DNA of 64,000 nt from Lingula anatina (Eukaryota > Animalia > Brachiopoda), in NCBI GenBank assembly GCA_051362555.1, contig CM120646.1, positions 14,632,001 to 14,696,000 of the forward strand, given 5' to 3'. Numbering within the stretch: the first letter of the stretch is position 1; each line of letters begins with the position of its first letter. Below are positions 10,869 to 24,348 of this stretch, piece by piece. Made by a program: the position numbers and the translations under genes. Below the pieces are notes generated by a model. It saw nothing but the letters and a program-made list of their open reading frames with translations, had not been told where the DNA came from and did not search any database.

Positions 10869-12418
10869 TTATTATTGAACTCTTTTTGGCTTTCTCTTCG
10901 CTCTCTAGGTTACGGTTTACGGCTTGTTTTCACCTCGTTGTAGACACAATGGCATTGAGTAGGGGCTAGGGCTGTGGGAGCGGGCGCGCGTGTGTCTGTC
11001 AGAGAGGAGGGGGCGAGAGAAGTACATGTACCTACAGGTACAGTGGAGTGATACAAATAGAATTATGTTGTTCACAAATAAGAATTGAAACGGAATTGAA
11101 TGCTTCTTCTCATGAACTATGTTCAGTACATTCGCAACTGATATCTTTAAAAGAAAAATGTACTGTATCTGTCATGCACAGTAATTAATGTGTTAAAATG
11201 CTATATCACCTTAAAGTGAACCAATTTATTAATGGGGAAGGTAAAGACAAAATAATAAGAATTTAAAAAAAAGTTAAATATAAAATCAATATCGAGATTA
11301 TCTATATTATAATAATATTATGAACAAAATCACGTTAGGATATGGTCACAATCCGTCAATTTCTTGCTAGGCGCGTCATTCAGGTCACAAAAGAAACTCG
11401 CAGGAGTTTGAACCAACCATGTCTTCGAGCATATGTAGTCACAAGCTACGAAACATCTCTCAGCCATAATTTACGGACTCTTGGGTGTCATTGACAAGCG
11501 TACTCAAAAGATGACAACCCTGATGAGCCTTTATAAGCACGTCAGCTTCCTGCAAAATGTCGTTACTTCTAAGTTAATCATTTAGGCGATGACATGAAGA
11601 GTTCATGTTTACGGCCAAATCCTACCTGCAGGCCAACTGAGCATTGTAAAGGAATTACAATAATGTCGTTCATGGAAAGTTATATAGATGACATAAATAA
11701 TTGAATAAATATAGTCAAATGCATGTTAAGCTATTAAACTGAGCTCTCATTATCTACCTGTACATGTGGACGAGTTTCCAAACTGCAGAAAACAGCCCAT
11801 ACACATTTAGCCATATTGTTGCATATTGATAGTCGTAATTAAATGCTACATTCTACTAGTGGAGATAAACGTAATTTAACGTTGGTTAAAGAATTGATTA
11901 GACAGGAAGTTGCTTCACATATGATTCACGAGGTTTCCCTAAGCTTCCCTAAGGTAAGATAAAGGAATGGGTTTGGCCTCTTATCGGTATTTTGGAAACT
12001 CATCTACAAGTACAATGTAGATAATGACAGCTGAGTTTGATAGCTAAACATACGTGCTCTCTCCCCTGTCTTGTGTGATATCACCCGACCACCGACCTGG
12101 CACGGTAACTTCATTGTTGCATATTGAGGTGGGTGTTTTAAAACTCACTTTTTTTACTAATCGATTGTTTTTATAGTCTTTATAGTGTGGTTATCGATTT
12201 TAACACATCTCTGATGTACATATTAAGGAGTCCCATATTTACAAACATTTCTGCACACATTTCGTTGGTGGGGTTTCAAGGAGACCCACATTATGCCAAA
12301 TATTCTGTAAGACCCATCATCCTTAATATTATAATGTAATGTGTCAGCATAAGCTATTGACAACATTGCATCTGTTAAGCTTGTCCGATTGCAAAGGTGA
12401 GGCTAAAGCAAGCTATGC

Positions 12419-12560
12419 TATAAATAAGCTCTGGAGATTGTTATCGAATCGTTATAATTGGTATCATTTGACCTCGCCAAACTCCTCGTTGTCAACAAAG
12501 AGCGATCGCTGTATCTGAGACATTATAGAGGCATAGCTTCTAACATCACTACGAACCAAG
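12419..12560 (+). promoter_or_regulatory. Candidate TATA box and non-coding first exon of GT2 copy 3
   Basis: TATAAATA at 12419-12426 and a strong donor CAAG|GTAAGA at 12560/12561. The ATG exon of copy 3 is preceded by an acceptor (tgtttttacag at 15851-15861), which implies an upstream UTR exon. Confidence 0.45.
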
Positions 12561-13382
12561 GTAAGAATTTTTTAACAATAAATATGATTAAATTTAAAGA
12601 AAACGCAGCACATTTATTTTTTCTTTCAAGTATGTTGTTGCTTTCATTCGTTTAAGTTTATTTCCATGTTATTTCATAGTCACATTGATTATTAGCTGCA
12701 TGGTGCCTCTTTTTCAGTTACTTTTTATTTATCTATTTTTATTTCTTGACACGAGCGTAATCTCATTTAACAGGCTTATGGTATCCACGTATTTACCTTT
12801 TAATACAGTTAATCGCTATAACATTATTTAGGGTGGGGTCATTACAAACCATCCACACGCAACGAAAATGTCAGTAAAAATTGAGGTTTTAAATCCTCAT
12901 GAAAATACAACATGAAGCCAAACTTTACTTGCAAGTGTTTCAAGGCTGTAAAGACATGCAGGTTTACAATTCTGTCAATATTTTGCGTAGTCTTCGGACG
13001 AGCCGCAGCATAAGACTTTTACTTTCCCTTTATTCCTAGAGTTAAACTTAATTAGAATACGTATGAGAGGAGACGGGGGCGCCACTTATGAGAAGGCCAC
13101 AGCTTTTGTAGGCTGGAGGAAAATTTGCTTATTTGGGTGTTCTGAAAAGTTGTTCAGTAATTTCTTTATGCTCATTTGTTTAAAGTCGTCAGGACTTTGT
13201 ACATGGTTGTTTCATGACATTTCTCAGATATCTGAGGGTAAACTTGCATTTTACTGCACATTTGGACTAAGATATCGGGACTTTCAACGCACTGGAAGCC
13301 AATACTGAAGAGACAAGTTACACTTGTTATATATGTTGAATTTGGATTTCTGCTCACCCAAGGACAAATTGTTCTAAGTGCA

Positions 13383-13631
13383 GATTCAGAACAAGTTGAC
13401 CCGCGGACTAAATATTGCCGCCCCAACTTAAAAGCAAACCACCTAATCTCCTGTTGGTATCCCCGTCCCCACACGCGTCGTCCCAGCAGGGGCCTATTAA
13501 TAAAACCTCGGAGCCGAGATGGGATCCGCTTAATGGCGCGTGTGGAGACCGGGGGACCATCATGGGATTAGGCGTCTTGCTTTTAAGTGGGATCGGTCAT
13601 ATTTAGTCTGCAGATCATCTGCTCTGAATGC
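13383..13631. mobile_element. Foldback/MITE-like palindromic element, family B
   Basis: gactaaatattgccgccccaacttaaaagcaa pairs with ttgcttttaagtgggatcggtcatatttagtc. The terminal part (ccgcggactaa) resembles 63143-63334. Confidence 0.65.
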
Positions 13632-13869
13632 GCTCTAACAGAACCATGAAAAGGTATGTATAGGCATATGCGACAGATATGCTGATAGACATTGATGCCA
13701 AAAGTAAGTGAGGGGTATCATCAAATACCTGGGCAACGATGAAAGACCTAAACATAATTATACCTGCGGGGGTCATGGTGTATGGTGACCCGAAGCAAGC
13801 CAATATATTGTGAATATCATCTATTATGACATAATGAGGTTTTCCTCTGAGCTAAAGCAGATGGGTCCC

Positions 13870-15785
13870 AACTTTGATAATTTGAGGAGACCGATAACAA
13901 TAGATTGGTTAAATATGGAGGTGGTAACAAACGTGTTCACTAGACATTGGAAAACTATTACCCCAGCCTATGAGTCCGTAGAGGAAAAAGAAAAGCCCAT
14001 TCCTGGATGATATAAAAACAATTGACAAACCATACTCAATGACCGGCCTTTCGTTTACAATAGCCACAATGAACAGTAGATCAGTGAGGAAAACAGCAGT
14101 GATGATACGTGATTCCGTTTTGGAAAACAACCTCGATTTGATAACTATAGTTGAAACCTGGCTTACTCCCAATTTGAACCTGTCGGTATTGGCTGATATG
14201 GTCCCCACTGGTTACAAATGCATTCAAATACCGCGACTAAAAAGACCCGGCCGTGAAGTAGCATTTCTTGCCAAGAAAGTTTCCGGATGAGGCAAGTGGA
14301 ACCTGTCGTTTCTCCAACCTCCTCAGCACTTGTTGAACCACGGGCAGAATTATCGGTGGGGCTTGAATGTTGAGAAGAGATCAAAGGTTAATCAGCTGAG
14401 AGCAATTCCTTCTCAAAGCCAACTGCGTGCGGACATCTCCCGATTATCGGTGACCTTTTGTGTCATTTAAACAGGTAGGTACAGACCAGGTGAGACTTCG
14501 GGTGGATGAGATAACAAACTCTAAGAGATTAGGTGAACGCATATTTATTGTATTATTTTGGAAGCTACATGAGAATATGATACTAGTATGTTTGTTCATG
14601 AAGGAATTCAAAATGCTCAATACGGTGAAGTAAATTGTGTCCGGAAAATGTTTTTTTTTACTCTCAATATCGGCCCTCATTGCAATATGTCGTCACACGA
14701 GCATTTGTGATACCCAGAAATGCACCTGTACGCTTTTTAATATTTTTTAATCATCATTGACATCAACCATGTTGTGTTCTTCATAAAAAGATGGATGTTA
14801 CCGGCTAAGGGCTGCTTGAATTTGGGAATGGTAATTAATAATTATTAACTCTCAATATCGGCTCTAGTTGCATTTAAATGGCGTCACACAAGCATTAATG
14901 AGACCCAGAAACGCACCTGGGTATCTTTAAATATATTTTAATGTTGACATCACCACTACTAAGAACAGAATCCTTCCATCGAAGAAAAACAACATCAAAA
15001 ATTCTACCTTCTTTGAAGAGGTCACCGACCACCTAAAATAACTTCATGTAGAGCCCCTATCAGAACGGCCGACTGTGCTAGAAGATTCCAATATAGATTG
15101 GGAAGAACTGACAACAGTGAAACAAATAAATTTATGTCAAGTCTGGATAGTTTCAATTTAGAAAAACATTTTATTAGGTAAAACCATGTGCATAGCCACA
15201 CACTAGATCTGATTATAACCAAGAAAAAGGATGAACTTGTAAATTTCTGTTCTATTGGTCACCTCCTCTGTGATCGCCTCCTCTGTGACCATAACGTGTG
15301 GAAAGCCACTGCCAGTGAAAGAATCAGTTTTCATTGAAGAATGAAAATTTGAATCCTCTCGAGTTGTAACAGATCTTGGAAGAGAAATTATTAAATGTTA
15401 GTATCAGCGACCTAGACCCAAACTGGTCTGTTGAGTTACATGACAAGCTGCTGTCTAATAGTTTCGACATCATACTGTAGGTCCAATGAAAACAACTTTA
15501 TTGTCAAGAAGGACTTGCAGCCAAGGATGAATTGTGATATCCTGAATGCGTGAAGGAGAAAACGGAAGGCAGAAAGTTTATGGCGTAAAACCAAACTCAC
15601 TCACCAAATCTACAGAAGTGAATGCAACAAAGTGAATGGCCTAATCAAATATATAAACTCGGTTGTATACTCGCTGTATCATCAAGAAACCATGAAATTT
15701 CCTTAAAACGAAATTGAAAAACCGTTTTTCCAATCTAAGGGCCTGGATGGTAAAGAACAAACCTATGATAAATAACAGCACTATA
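13870..15785 (+). mobile_element. Degenerate L2/CR1-type LINE fragments (AP endonuclease plus RT remnants), interrupted
   Basis: 14039-14290 reads TMNSRSV...LDLITIVETWL...PTGY (APE motifs). About 15180-15220 reads HSHTLDLII, about 15550-15650 RRKRKAESLWRKTK, and about 15730 LRAWMVKNKPMIN (end of RT). Many stops and frameshifts. Confidence 0.75.
14660..14958 (+). repeat. Two diverged ~190-bp tandem units
   Basis: actctcaatatcgg...cgtcacac...acccagaaa(t/c)gcacctg...ttgacatca occurs at 14660 and 14848. Confidence 0.7.
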
Positions 15786-15868
15786 TATTTTTATTCACGG
15801 TTATTTTCATGCATTTTAGTGGCCAAACTATGCTTTATTCATTATCTCTCTGTTTTTACAGATAAACA

Positions 15869-18800
15869 ATGGCTGACGTTGTTCCGATTTCCTTCACACG
15901 ACGATTGAGCGTGAGCGTGGACGATTTTTCATTTAAAGGGAAAGTTGGTCCCACTCTCCCTAGTGTTGACAGTGGAATAAATATACAAGTAGATATACAA
16001 AGCAGCAGCTTCACCTCGATGGACACTGTGTCACGTGTCTCAAAATCCGTCAATCTCGACAAACAGGTCCCGGATTGTGACGGGAGGTTTCACTGCTCCC
16101 CTGCTGATGATGGGCACTCCATCGTGGATGACGACACCGCCAGTGTGACGTCAGGAAGTGACAGCGAAAGTGGCATTGACAGCACCCCAGAAAGTGCGGT
16201 TCACACACTCCAAAAACCTTTCAAAAATAAACAGCCAGCCTCAAAGAAAAATGTGGATTTCTCTAATCCCAAAGATGGTAAGGCTACCAGTAGTACCTGC
16301 TACGCGTATGTTAATGACGATGATTAAAAACCTAGCAAAGAAATGATTCCAATATATAAAAGCCATAATGCTCATCTTTTAGATTTCAGAGGGGGCATTA
16401 TCACCCTTCAAGTTTACATGACAGAGAAAGACTTCAACTATGCATCTCAGCGACAATACATTAACCTTCTATTCTCACTTTTGTCACACAGAAGATTAAC
16501 CTGCAATCAACTTTGTGCACTTCTCTACAAATTTGTTCTTAATTAAAAACATTCACTAGTTACTGGTTACATGTAGTTCAAGTATATCACTGGTTTTCTA
16601 AATACGACAACAACAGAATAGAGAGAAATGCTTAGGCCTAGTTTCCGAAATATTCCGTATTGTAAGAAAGAGTATTTTCTTTGTCCTACACGAAATACGT
16701 ATTTACAAACCTATCACTTTCAAACGTACGCATCTAACAAGATACTTAAACTGCATTCAGAACTGTCACGGAAACTGAAGGAGCAATACAAACCCGAATA
16801 CCTTGATTCCACCATGGCTGAGTTTCAAGTGGAACAGAACATAACGCACGCTGGCGTCCACCTTTCATTTAGTGGCGAAGGTCTCGCAGAAGAGAGCAAA
16901 GACAGTATCACCTCAACATTTTCAGAAGACGATGAGAAAAACACAAGAAAGTATATCACGGCAGGCAGTTATGAACTACCTCCAGAGGGAGCCGTCCCAG
17001 GAAGAAAATCACCAATTCATGGTGCAAATGACACAGGAATTTCCCATAAACCAATGAAAACAGGAAAACAGAGGTTCAGGTGGAACCTTATGTTTAACCT
17101 TCTCTTCTGGATCATCGTCCCAATGCCTGTTTGGGTGCCGTTTGTGTCACAGACCGTCGCCTGGTACTTAATTCCGGTTGTCCAGGCTCTATTTGTCTTC
17201 ATGTGGGTAGTCGTGGTTACCTTGGCCTGCAAGAATATGATTGTCCTTTACATGTAAGTATTGACTTCTGAATGACCTCTTATTTTAAAAGATATTTAAG
17301 CCACGAAGAAACAATGACGAAAGATGTTTTAATTCTTGAAATTCGTGTTGATCGAAATATACAGGGTTACCACTTAATATGGAATATTATTTTTTGGCGA
17401 GTAAATTTTCTACAAAATATTTATTTTCTCTCTAACTACTTTACATCCAAATCTGAGGTGTCACTCCCTGAGTAGCCAGGTGTGTTACCTAATTACCATA
17501 CAACTCTCGAAACAATTGATGCATGCAGTTGCATTTTCTGTGGTCAGAAATGTGAGGGGTGGTCTTTTCGGCAATTTCTGCCCTTGTATAAAAACGCATG
17601 GGTTTGGTCAATCTTTGGAGTGTGTTTAGAGAAGCAACAATGGGATCGCACTGAAACTTGACAGGTACCTTATTGAAGATATGGTTCGACAGCTAAGCAA
17701 AGCAGCTTACTATGGGACTCTTGCTCTCAGAGAAAATGTCCAGAAACGGACAGCCATTGCCAGGTAATTCAACATTTATCAAGAACCGTTTGTAAAGTCC
17801 TCCAAAGAAATGCTGCAACAGGGGCACCTACTCCAATACCTCGACCATGGTGTCCGCGTATCACACCAAGAAGACAGGATCGCCTTCTCCTTAGAGGACG
17901 CCGTGCTGGTCGTACAAAGGCAACCAGTGTCCTCAGAAAAGAGAGGCAGAATGTCATTCAAACGCCCGTTTCAACGTCAATCGTGAACAAGAGATTACTG
18001 CAAGCCGGTTATTTTGCACGAAGGCCAGTAGGGAAACCACTGTTAACAGCAGGTCATATACAGCGACGCCTGCAATGGGCTGGGGACCACGTGCGTTTGC
18101 AGCCAAAACACTGGAATCACGTCGTTTTCAGTAATGAGGCCACATATGGATCTTTTAGGGTTGATGGTCGAATCCGTGTCCACCGACGTGTACGAGGGAC
18201 ATAAAACGATGGTTGTGTACTACCTAGGGTGCAAGCAGGGGGTTGTAACGTCTCTGTTTGAGGAGAATTTCATGTCGGTGCCCAGAACCAGTTGGTTTTT
18301 GTAAGAGGCAACCTCAGCCAGGATTCCTACAAAGACATTCTACGGCAAACGATGCTTCGATTGGTAAGAGCCATCTTCAAGGACAACTTTGTGTACCAAG
18401 ACGACTGCGCAACCCCACATCGAGGCCGCAGAATCACTGTTTTTCTTCAAAACCAATGGGTTCAGCAACTGCCCTGGCCTACAAACTCTCCAGATATGAA
18501 CCTAATTGAAAATCTTTGGGCAAAAGTAACTCACAAAATTAATAGCTATGGTCATTGGCCGGTAAATAGTGATGAACTGCGACAGGCAAATATCACTGCG
18601 TGGAATGATATCCCCATCCAAACTCTACAAAACGTGTTACAGGGTATGCCATGTAGGATGAGGGCGCTGCAAGCGGCTGCTGGAGGTCATACCCGCAATT
18701 ACTGGCTTTTCATGATTTACTGTAGTGAGTTCTTTGACTGTGTAACATATCACTGTCCGGAGGCTATCATTTACTTTAATATCTTAGCTTAAAGTTAATA

Positions 18801-19020
18801 CTGACATTAAACTGTTGATGTGGTTTTCTGGGGGTGTTCCTTTCTTTTGAATAGCATCTTATGTCAGATTTGATATCATTGACCAAAATATCTCACAACA
18901 GAAGACTGGATGTTTTTATTACTCAGTGGCATACTTTTTTAATGACTCAAGCCAAAAAAAAAAATTAATCAGTACTCAAAAATAACAATGATAAAAAATA
19001 TTCCATATTAAGTAGCAACC

Positions 19021-19076
<56 letters not shown>

Positions 19077-20615
19077 GGAGTGCATGTGTGTGTCTTTTTC
19101 ACGAAGAGGGCTCAAACTGGTGATACTGGGAGGATGTACCAAGTCGAACGCATTATGTTGATGTAACCGGTGGTTTCACGGATGCTTTTATTAACATAAA
19201 AACACCAATCTTCAGACATCCGCCTTCACCTTGAAATACGTATTGTGGTGAGTTCTTTTGAAGAGAAGACACCGAAACAAGATGTATATATTTATAGGCA
19301 TACCATCATTGCCACAAAATTCTAAGATTAATATGCTATAATTTCGTATTTCAGGAGCAAAAATAAAGATTTCCGAAAAGACTATCCGGATTACACTGAC
19401 ATCCGCCACCTGGTGGCCATCAGCTGTTACAAGGAACCAGTAGAACTGATTGCAAGAAGCGTTCAGACTTTAGCAGACCAGACCGAAGCCGGGCGCATCT
19501 CCATGGTGATTTCCTTTGAAGAGAAGACACCGGAAGTGCAAACAAAATGCGATAAACTTCGTGAGATTTTTAAGAATGCTGGTTTCGAGCGTCTAATTTT
19601 CACCATTCACCCGTTTGGTCTTCCAAATGAGATCCCAGGAAAGTGTTCCAATGCCAATCACGGCCTCCGTCAGGCGACGCAGGTAATGCAAAAGGAGCTT
19701 GGGGCATACTTCGATGCTGAAAAGATTATCGTCACCACTTGTGACGCCGACTCATACTTCCACCCTAGCTACATCGCAGCTCTGACTTCCAAGTTCATGA
19801 AAGAGAAGACCCCTCATAGAGTCATATTCCAGGCACCCTTGCTCTACAACTGGGGTTTGGATGGAAGCAGCTTTGTCACCCGTGTCACCGGTCTTCTCCG
19901 TACCACTCTAATGATGGGGGCTCTCATCCCATTCAACATCAATTCCATGAGCATTTTCTCCTTTTCCCTGCGGCTGTGTATTGATGGAAACTTTGTTCAC
20001 CCCGCCTACCATATGGATGATATTATCTGCTTGATCCGATGGATGGGCGTAACTCGTCGCCGCCTCCGTATTCCGATGATTCCGATCCCTGTCATCAGCG
20101 GACCCACATCCGGTGAGACCGTGGAGCTAGAAGTGGCTGAGTGGGCGCGTCAAGCCAGAAGATGGACCATTGGTGCAGCTGAAGTCTTCCACTACTACGT
20201 GATTAAAGCTGGTCGCATGCCTTTCTGGCCTGCTTTCTCCTGGGGTCTTTGTTTCCTTTCTTACTATGGCATCTTGCTTTGCTCAGGAGGGTTGTACAGT
20301 ATCTCTGCCGGTTTGTCCATGGCGTTCCTGGTGAAAGACGCACCGTTCTACATTAACTACGTGATGTACGGTTTGGCTGGGCTTCAGCAACTCGCTTTTC
20401 TTGGGGTCTTCATGATGGACGTTTTCGGACCAAGATTGATGAAGGTCAAAGAGCATATCAGTTTCGTTCGCAACTTTCTCCATTTTCTCCTCACCCCGCT
20501 GGTGCTACTAGGGTACTCCTTGGTGGAGTTCTACGCCCTGCACGAGGTTGCTATCAGAGGAAAAGAAGTCTGCAAACATGGCGCCTCAAAGAAAAGTGCA
20601 CTGGGAGTTGTTTAA
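15869..20615 (+). CDS. GT2-family processive glycosyltransferase-like membrane protein, copy 3 (full length, 720 aa)
   Basis: join(15869..16277,16761..17253,19355..20615) = 2163 nt, open throughout, GT-AG introns. Ser/Asp-rich N-terminal tail, 2 TM helices, GT-A domain (YKEP, EIPGKCSN, TTCDAD, HMDD, QARRW), then C-terminal TM helices. Confidence 0.9.
17362..19023 (+). mobile_element. Tc1-type DNA transposon (degraded DD34E transposase) in intron 2 of GT2 copy 3
   Basis: TIR cagggttaccacttaatatggaatatt / aatattccatattaagtagcaaccctg, TA on both sides. Broken ORFs contain RRPVGKPLLT, WNHVVFSNEA, YQDDCATPH, NSPDMNLIENLW and GGHTRNY. Absent from the homologous 195-bp intron of copy 2. Confidence 0.92.
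19024..19073. repeat. (TA)n microsatellite at the Tc1 target site
   Basis: TA run begins directly at the right TSD. Confidence 0.9.
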
Positions 20616-21704
20616 TTGATAGTCGTGCACAGACCTCAAAAGGAAGTCGTAAAAAAACTAAACCAGAGGGGCAATCATATCAGTGGGGACCACGCTTGCA
20701 AGCTACACTCTTTGGGAATCCGCACGCCAGATGTCGGTACTCACGTGCTTGTCTCAATTGTCACAGTAATTCAAAACTGTCTCGTCACAACCATCCAGCA
20801 CTCTATCAGAGACCAACTCGTTGATGACGATATTTTACCAAATATCCTCGTTATATTAGAGAAATGTGTATAAAATAACCAGACAAATATCTATGAACAT
20901 CTATTGAGAAAAACATTTAACTGTGATCCTGGTACAGGGTAACCATCTGATCAGTTGATATTTTATCATATCATTGATTATAATGATGTTTCATAACCAT
21001 TCTGTTCAGTTTAGAATTGCACATAACACGGCTTCAGTGACGGCTTTATTTATTGTCAACGGAGTTGTCGATGGGATTCATGTTACATTGTTCTGAACAG
21101 TCGTACTTATAGACTGACTGTCTCATTTACGCAAATTTAATTCATTCCAAATACATAACGTTCATTTTTCATTAAATTATTTTAACTTTAGAAGAAAGTA
21201 AATTGACTGAATATTAAAACGTTTATGTCGTTTGGCTTAAGTTTTATCGTCTAACGTAAAATCGTTTATTATAATGTTACTGTTTATAATGTATGCATTA
21301 TGGAGGAGCGTATTATTGTAGTTTTATTCAATTTAATTACACTAATTACAATAAGGTTTTCATGAAGTTAAGGCTAACTCCAAATGAGAACATCTCTATA
21401 AGAAACTCAAACTGTTTTATCATGGTTATTTTTCTTATCCTATTGTTATAACTTGATTGTATTATATTTATTTTTTGCATTTAGACTTCTGGTAAGCGAC
21501 TGATTGTTTTGCAACTGGCTTGAGTATCACCATTGTTTTAGTGGTGGATTTGTTACATCATAACCGTGTATTTCTGTGCGTATATAGCATTTAACGTATA
21601 AATAACCTTAGCGCACTTAAAATTCATTTCAGCCTTTTCGTTGACGTTGAAGACAATGAAGTATGAAACAATAAAGCACCTGTCCAAAAGAGAGTCTAAA
21701 AATA

Positions 21705-21990
21705 CTAATGGCACAGGGCTTTAGGTCCATGGCGCCTCAAGGCCACATATTGTAAATGCCCAAGTGTGTAAAATGAAAATTTTAGGAAAAAAGCTTCATA
21801 ATTTCAGGAGAAGAATTTATTTTTATCAAAATCTGTCCATGACTTTGAGCATTATGCTGAGAACAAACAGACAAACAGGCAAACAAACATACGTACAGAC
21901 AAACAAACAAACTATCAACTAACAACTAACGAACGAACGGAATCAAAGACATGACCTCCTTTTCACAATTGGTCCAAGGAAGACATGATA
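21705..21990. repeat. Interspersed repeat with (CAAA/CAGA)n tract (HINE/DINE-like architecture)
   Basis: Tract acaaacagacaaacaggcaaacaaac followed by a short stem (catgacctcctt...aaggaagacatg). Family assignment is inference. Confidence 0.35.
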
Positions 21991-23454
21991 AGCTTTTGGT
22001 GATGATGAATTATAAAATTAATGATTAATTGTTTCTTAATACAGTATTTGTCTCGCTCGCTGAGTGTTTTTCTATTTCAGACAAGTAATTCGTTTGTTCT
22101 TCCTTGACAGTCGTAGGTTTTGTGTTTGTGTATTACATGTTCAAAGGCGATGGTAGCAAAAAATTAAATATACTTCTCAAAAGACCAACTAAATACAGAG
22201 ATTAAGTTTAATGTCTTGCTGGTGACGCAGTAGCGCCCTTTTGATAAAAAAATATCGCTTTCTGTTTTGGGATTTTCTCTTAAACCAAGACAGCTATTAA
22301 AGTGATTCAAATGGCATCATATAGCTGGTGAAAGCACCATGACTGACACCGGGAATTCTCTAAAATTACTTAGCGACCGGTTGCTTAGAAAGGGAGATAT
22401 GCTTGAAGCCAAATCACCTATCTCGTCTGGAAAGCCGTTACGTAAAAAGATGCAAACAAGTGAACAAGTGTATATATATAGGTATGTAACTTATCTGTTC
22501 GTCACAGGCAGTCTTACTTTTTGTGTTCGTTTCTGTACGTACATTTCTTTATCCAGATACGTAATTTATTTGTTCATCATCGTCAATCGTACGCTTTGTG
22601 TTCTTGTACATGTTTTAAAGGAAGTGAAGTAAATAGAAATAGCAGTAGCAATGCATACAAAAAGGTCGACCTTTTATTTGATACAGTCTGGGTTTTATTG
22701 TATTCGACGCGGTTTGGCAGACTCTTGAAAGGGGTTGGTGATCACGCAAATGGGGTAGACTTTATGTTGGACAGTTCTATGTGCAAGGATACTGCTAATC
22801 ATAATCTCTACAAAGAAACGTCAACCCCCGTATCGCAGTCACCAAGTTCGATGCAGGAGCACGAGGTTTGGCCATTTCTTCGTTGGTGTTCAGGCGAATG
22901 GGCTGGTCTTCATGTTGGACGTTTCCTTTATCGGTTTCTCTGTAATATTGGTGGTGAGACTACGCAACATACCAAATGTTCTATAAATCCATTCATTGTT
23001 GATATGTATGTTGTTTATATGTAAGCCAACCGTCTTATTAATCAGTCCTCCTAATGCGGATTATTTCCCCAGTGATGCTAGCCGTCAGAGCTGTGTTGCA
23101 TTGTGTATTGTCCATGTGGGTGTGTAACATCACGTGCAGTGTATGCCACGTGAGTCTCTTGTTCTGCGTTTGTTATTTCGTTCGGTCCGAACACCCTGTA
23201 TATACCAAATATTTTCATTGTCTGTTAACTTTGCTCTGCCAGTGTCAGAGTTATTGTGTTGCATTGTGTTATGACCTTGCATGGTGTAATACAGCAAGTG
23301 CTGTGTATGCATGCGAGTCTGTTATTTTGGTTTTGTTTATTACGTTTGATCCAAACACCCTGTGTATCCCAGACAGTTTCACTGTCAGTTAACTTACATT
23401 CTTTTTCCACTTATCCATTGCGTCCAACCTGTAGATCACACATGTGTATATTTT

Positions 23455-23888
23455 CACCTTTACTGAAGGATCCTTTGGTTCGACAATCATTTCCCAGTGG
23501 TGTTTTCAGTATTATGTGGTACATCGTATGATTCCCAAATCAAAGTTAAAAACATATGGTGACACAGCATTTTGTGTAGCTGCACTGGTAGAATGGAATA
23601 AGTTACCAATTTTTATTAGACGAATAGAATCACAAGAATCTTTTAAAAAGGAATGGAAAACTCACATTTTTAAGACATTTTATTCATGAATTTTTAAATT
23701 TTCCTTAAAAGATTCCTTAGATTTTTTACTTTAAATTAGTTTATTACAATTCAGTCTAGCTCTGATTTATATAATATATATCTTGATTATTTTTATCTAT
23801 AAACTTCTTTGTATTTTATGTTGTACAGTCTATTGAACATTTTATGGATTTTAGACTTGAAATAAATATATTATTATTATTATTATTT
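23455..23888 (+). mobile_element. 3' end of an L2-clade LINE
   Basis: IPKSKLKTYGDTAFCVAALVEWNKLPIFIR...SFKKEWKTHIF* is a typical L2 ORF2 C-terminus. Followed by a 3'UTR, AATAAA and a (TAT)n tail. Confidence 0.8.
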
Positions 23889-24348
23889 TGTGGTGATTAT
23901 TGGTGACGTAATCATGATCAATGCATGACATGTGTTCACCACCTTGCTTTTGTTTAGTTCGTTTTCTTCTGTGTACCATAGTAAGTTTCGTTGTCCATTG
24001 TTTTTTTTTTTCTTTACATGGGGCAGCTACATTTTAATTAAGTAACATAAATATTTCATTTTATTTGCTTTCATTGTGCAAACAATCGATGGTGAACTTC
24101 TTGATATGTGTACGCTTTGCATGAAATATTTGCTGTAGTCAGGAGCGGATTGAGGCCGTCTTTTTGGGTCTTCCAAAAGACGGTCAGATATTCAAGTTTA
24201 CGTTGACGGGTATCTTATTATTTCTGTATGGTCAGATATGGAGGATGGATCAACAAAGATAATTTGGAAGACTGTCAGAAAATAGCTCTGGTCCCGCCCC
24301 TGGTAGTGATTCACCCATAGTGCATTATTATAATTATTTCCATCAATG

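Noticed and set aside
22339-23410. Cluster of 97-167-aa ORFs
   Set aside because: No recognisable domains, low-complexity TG-rich composition and no convincing splice pattern. Probably decayed repeat sequence.
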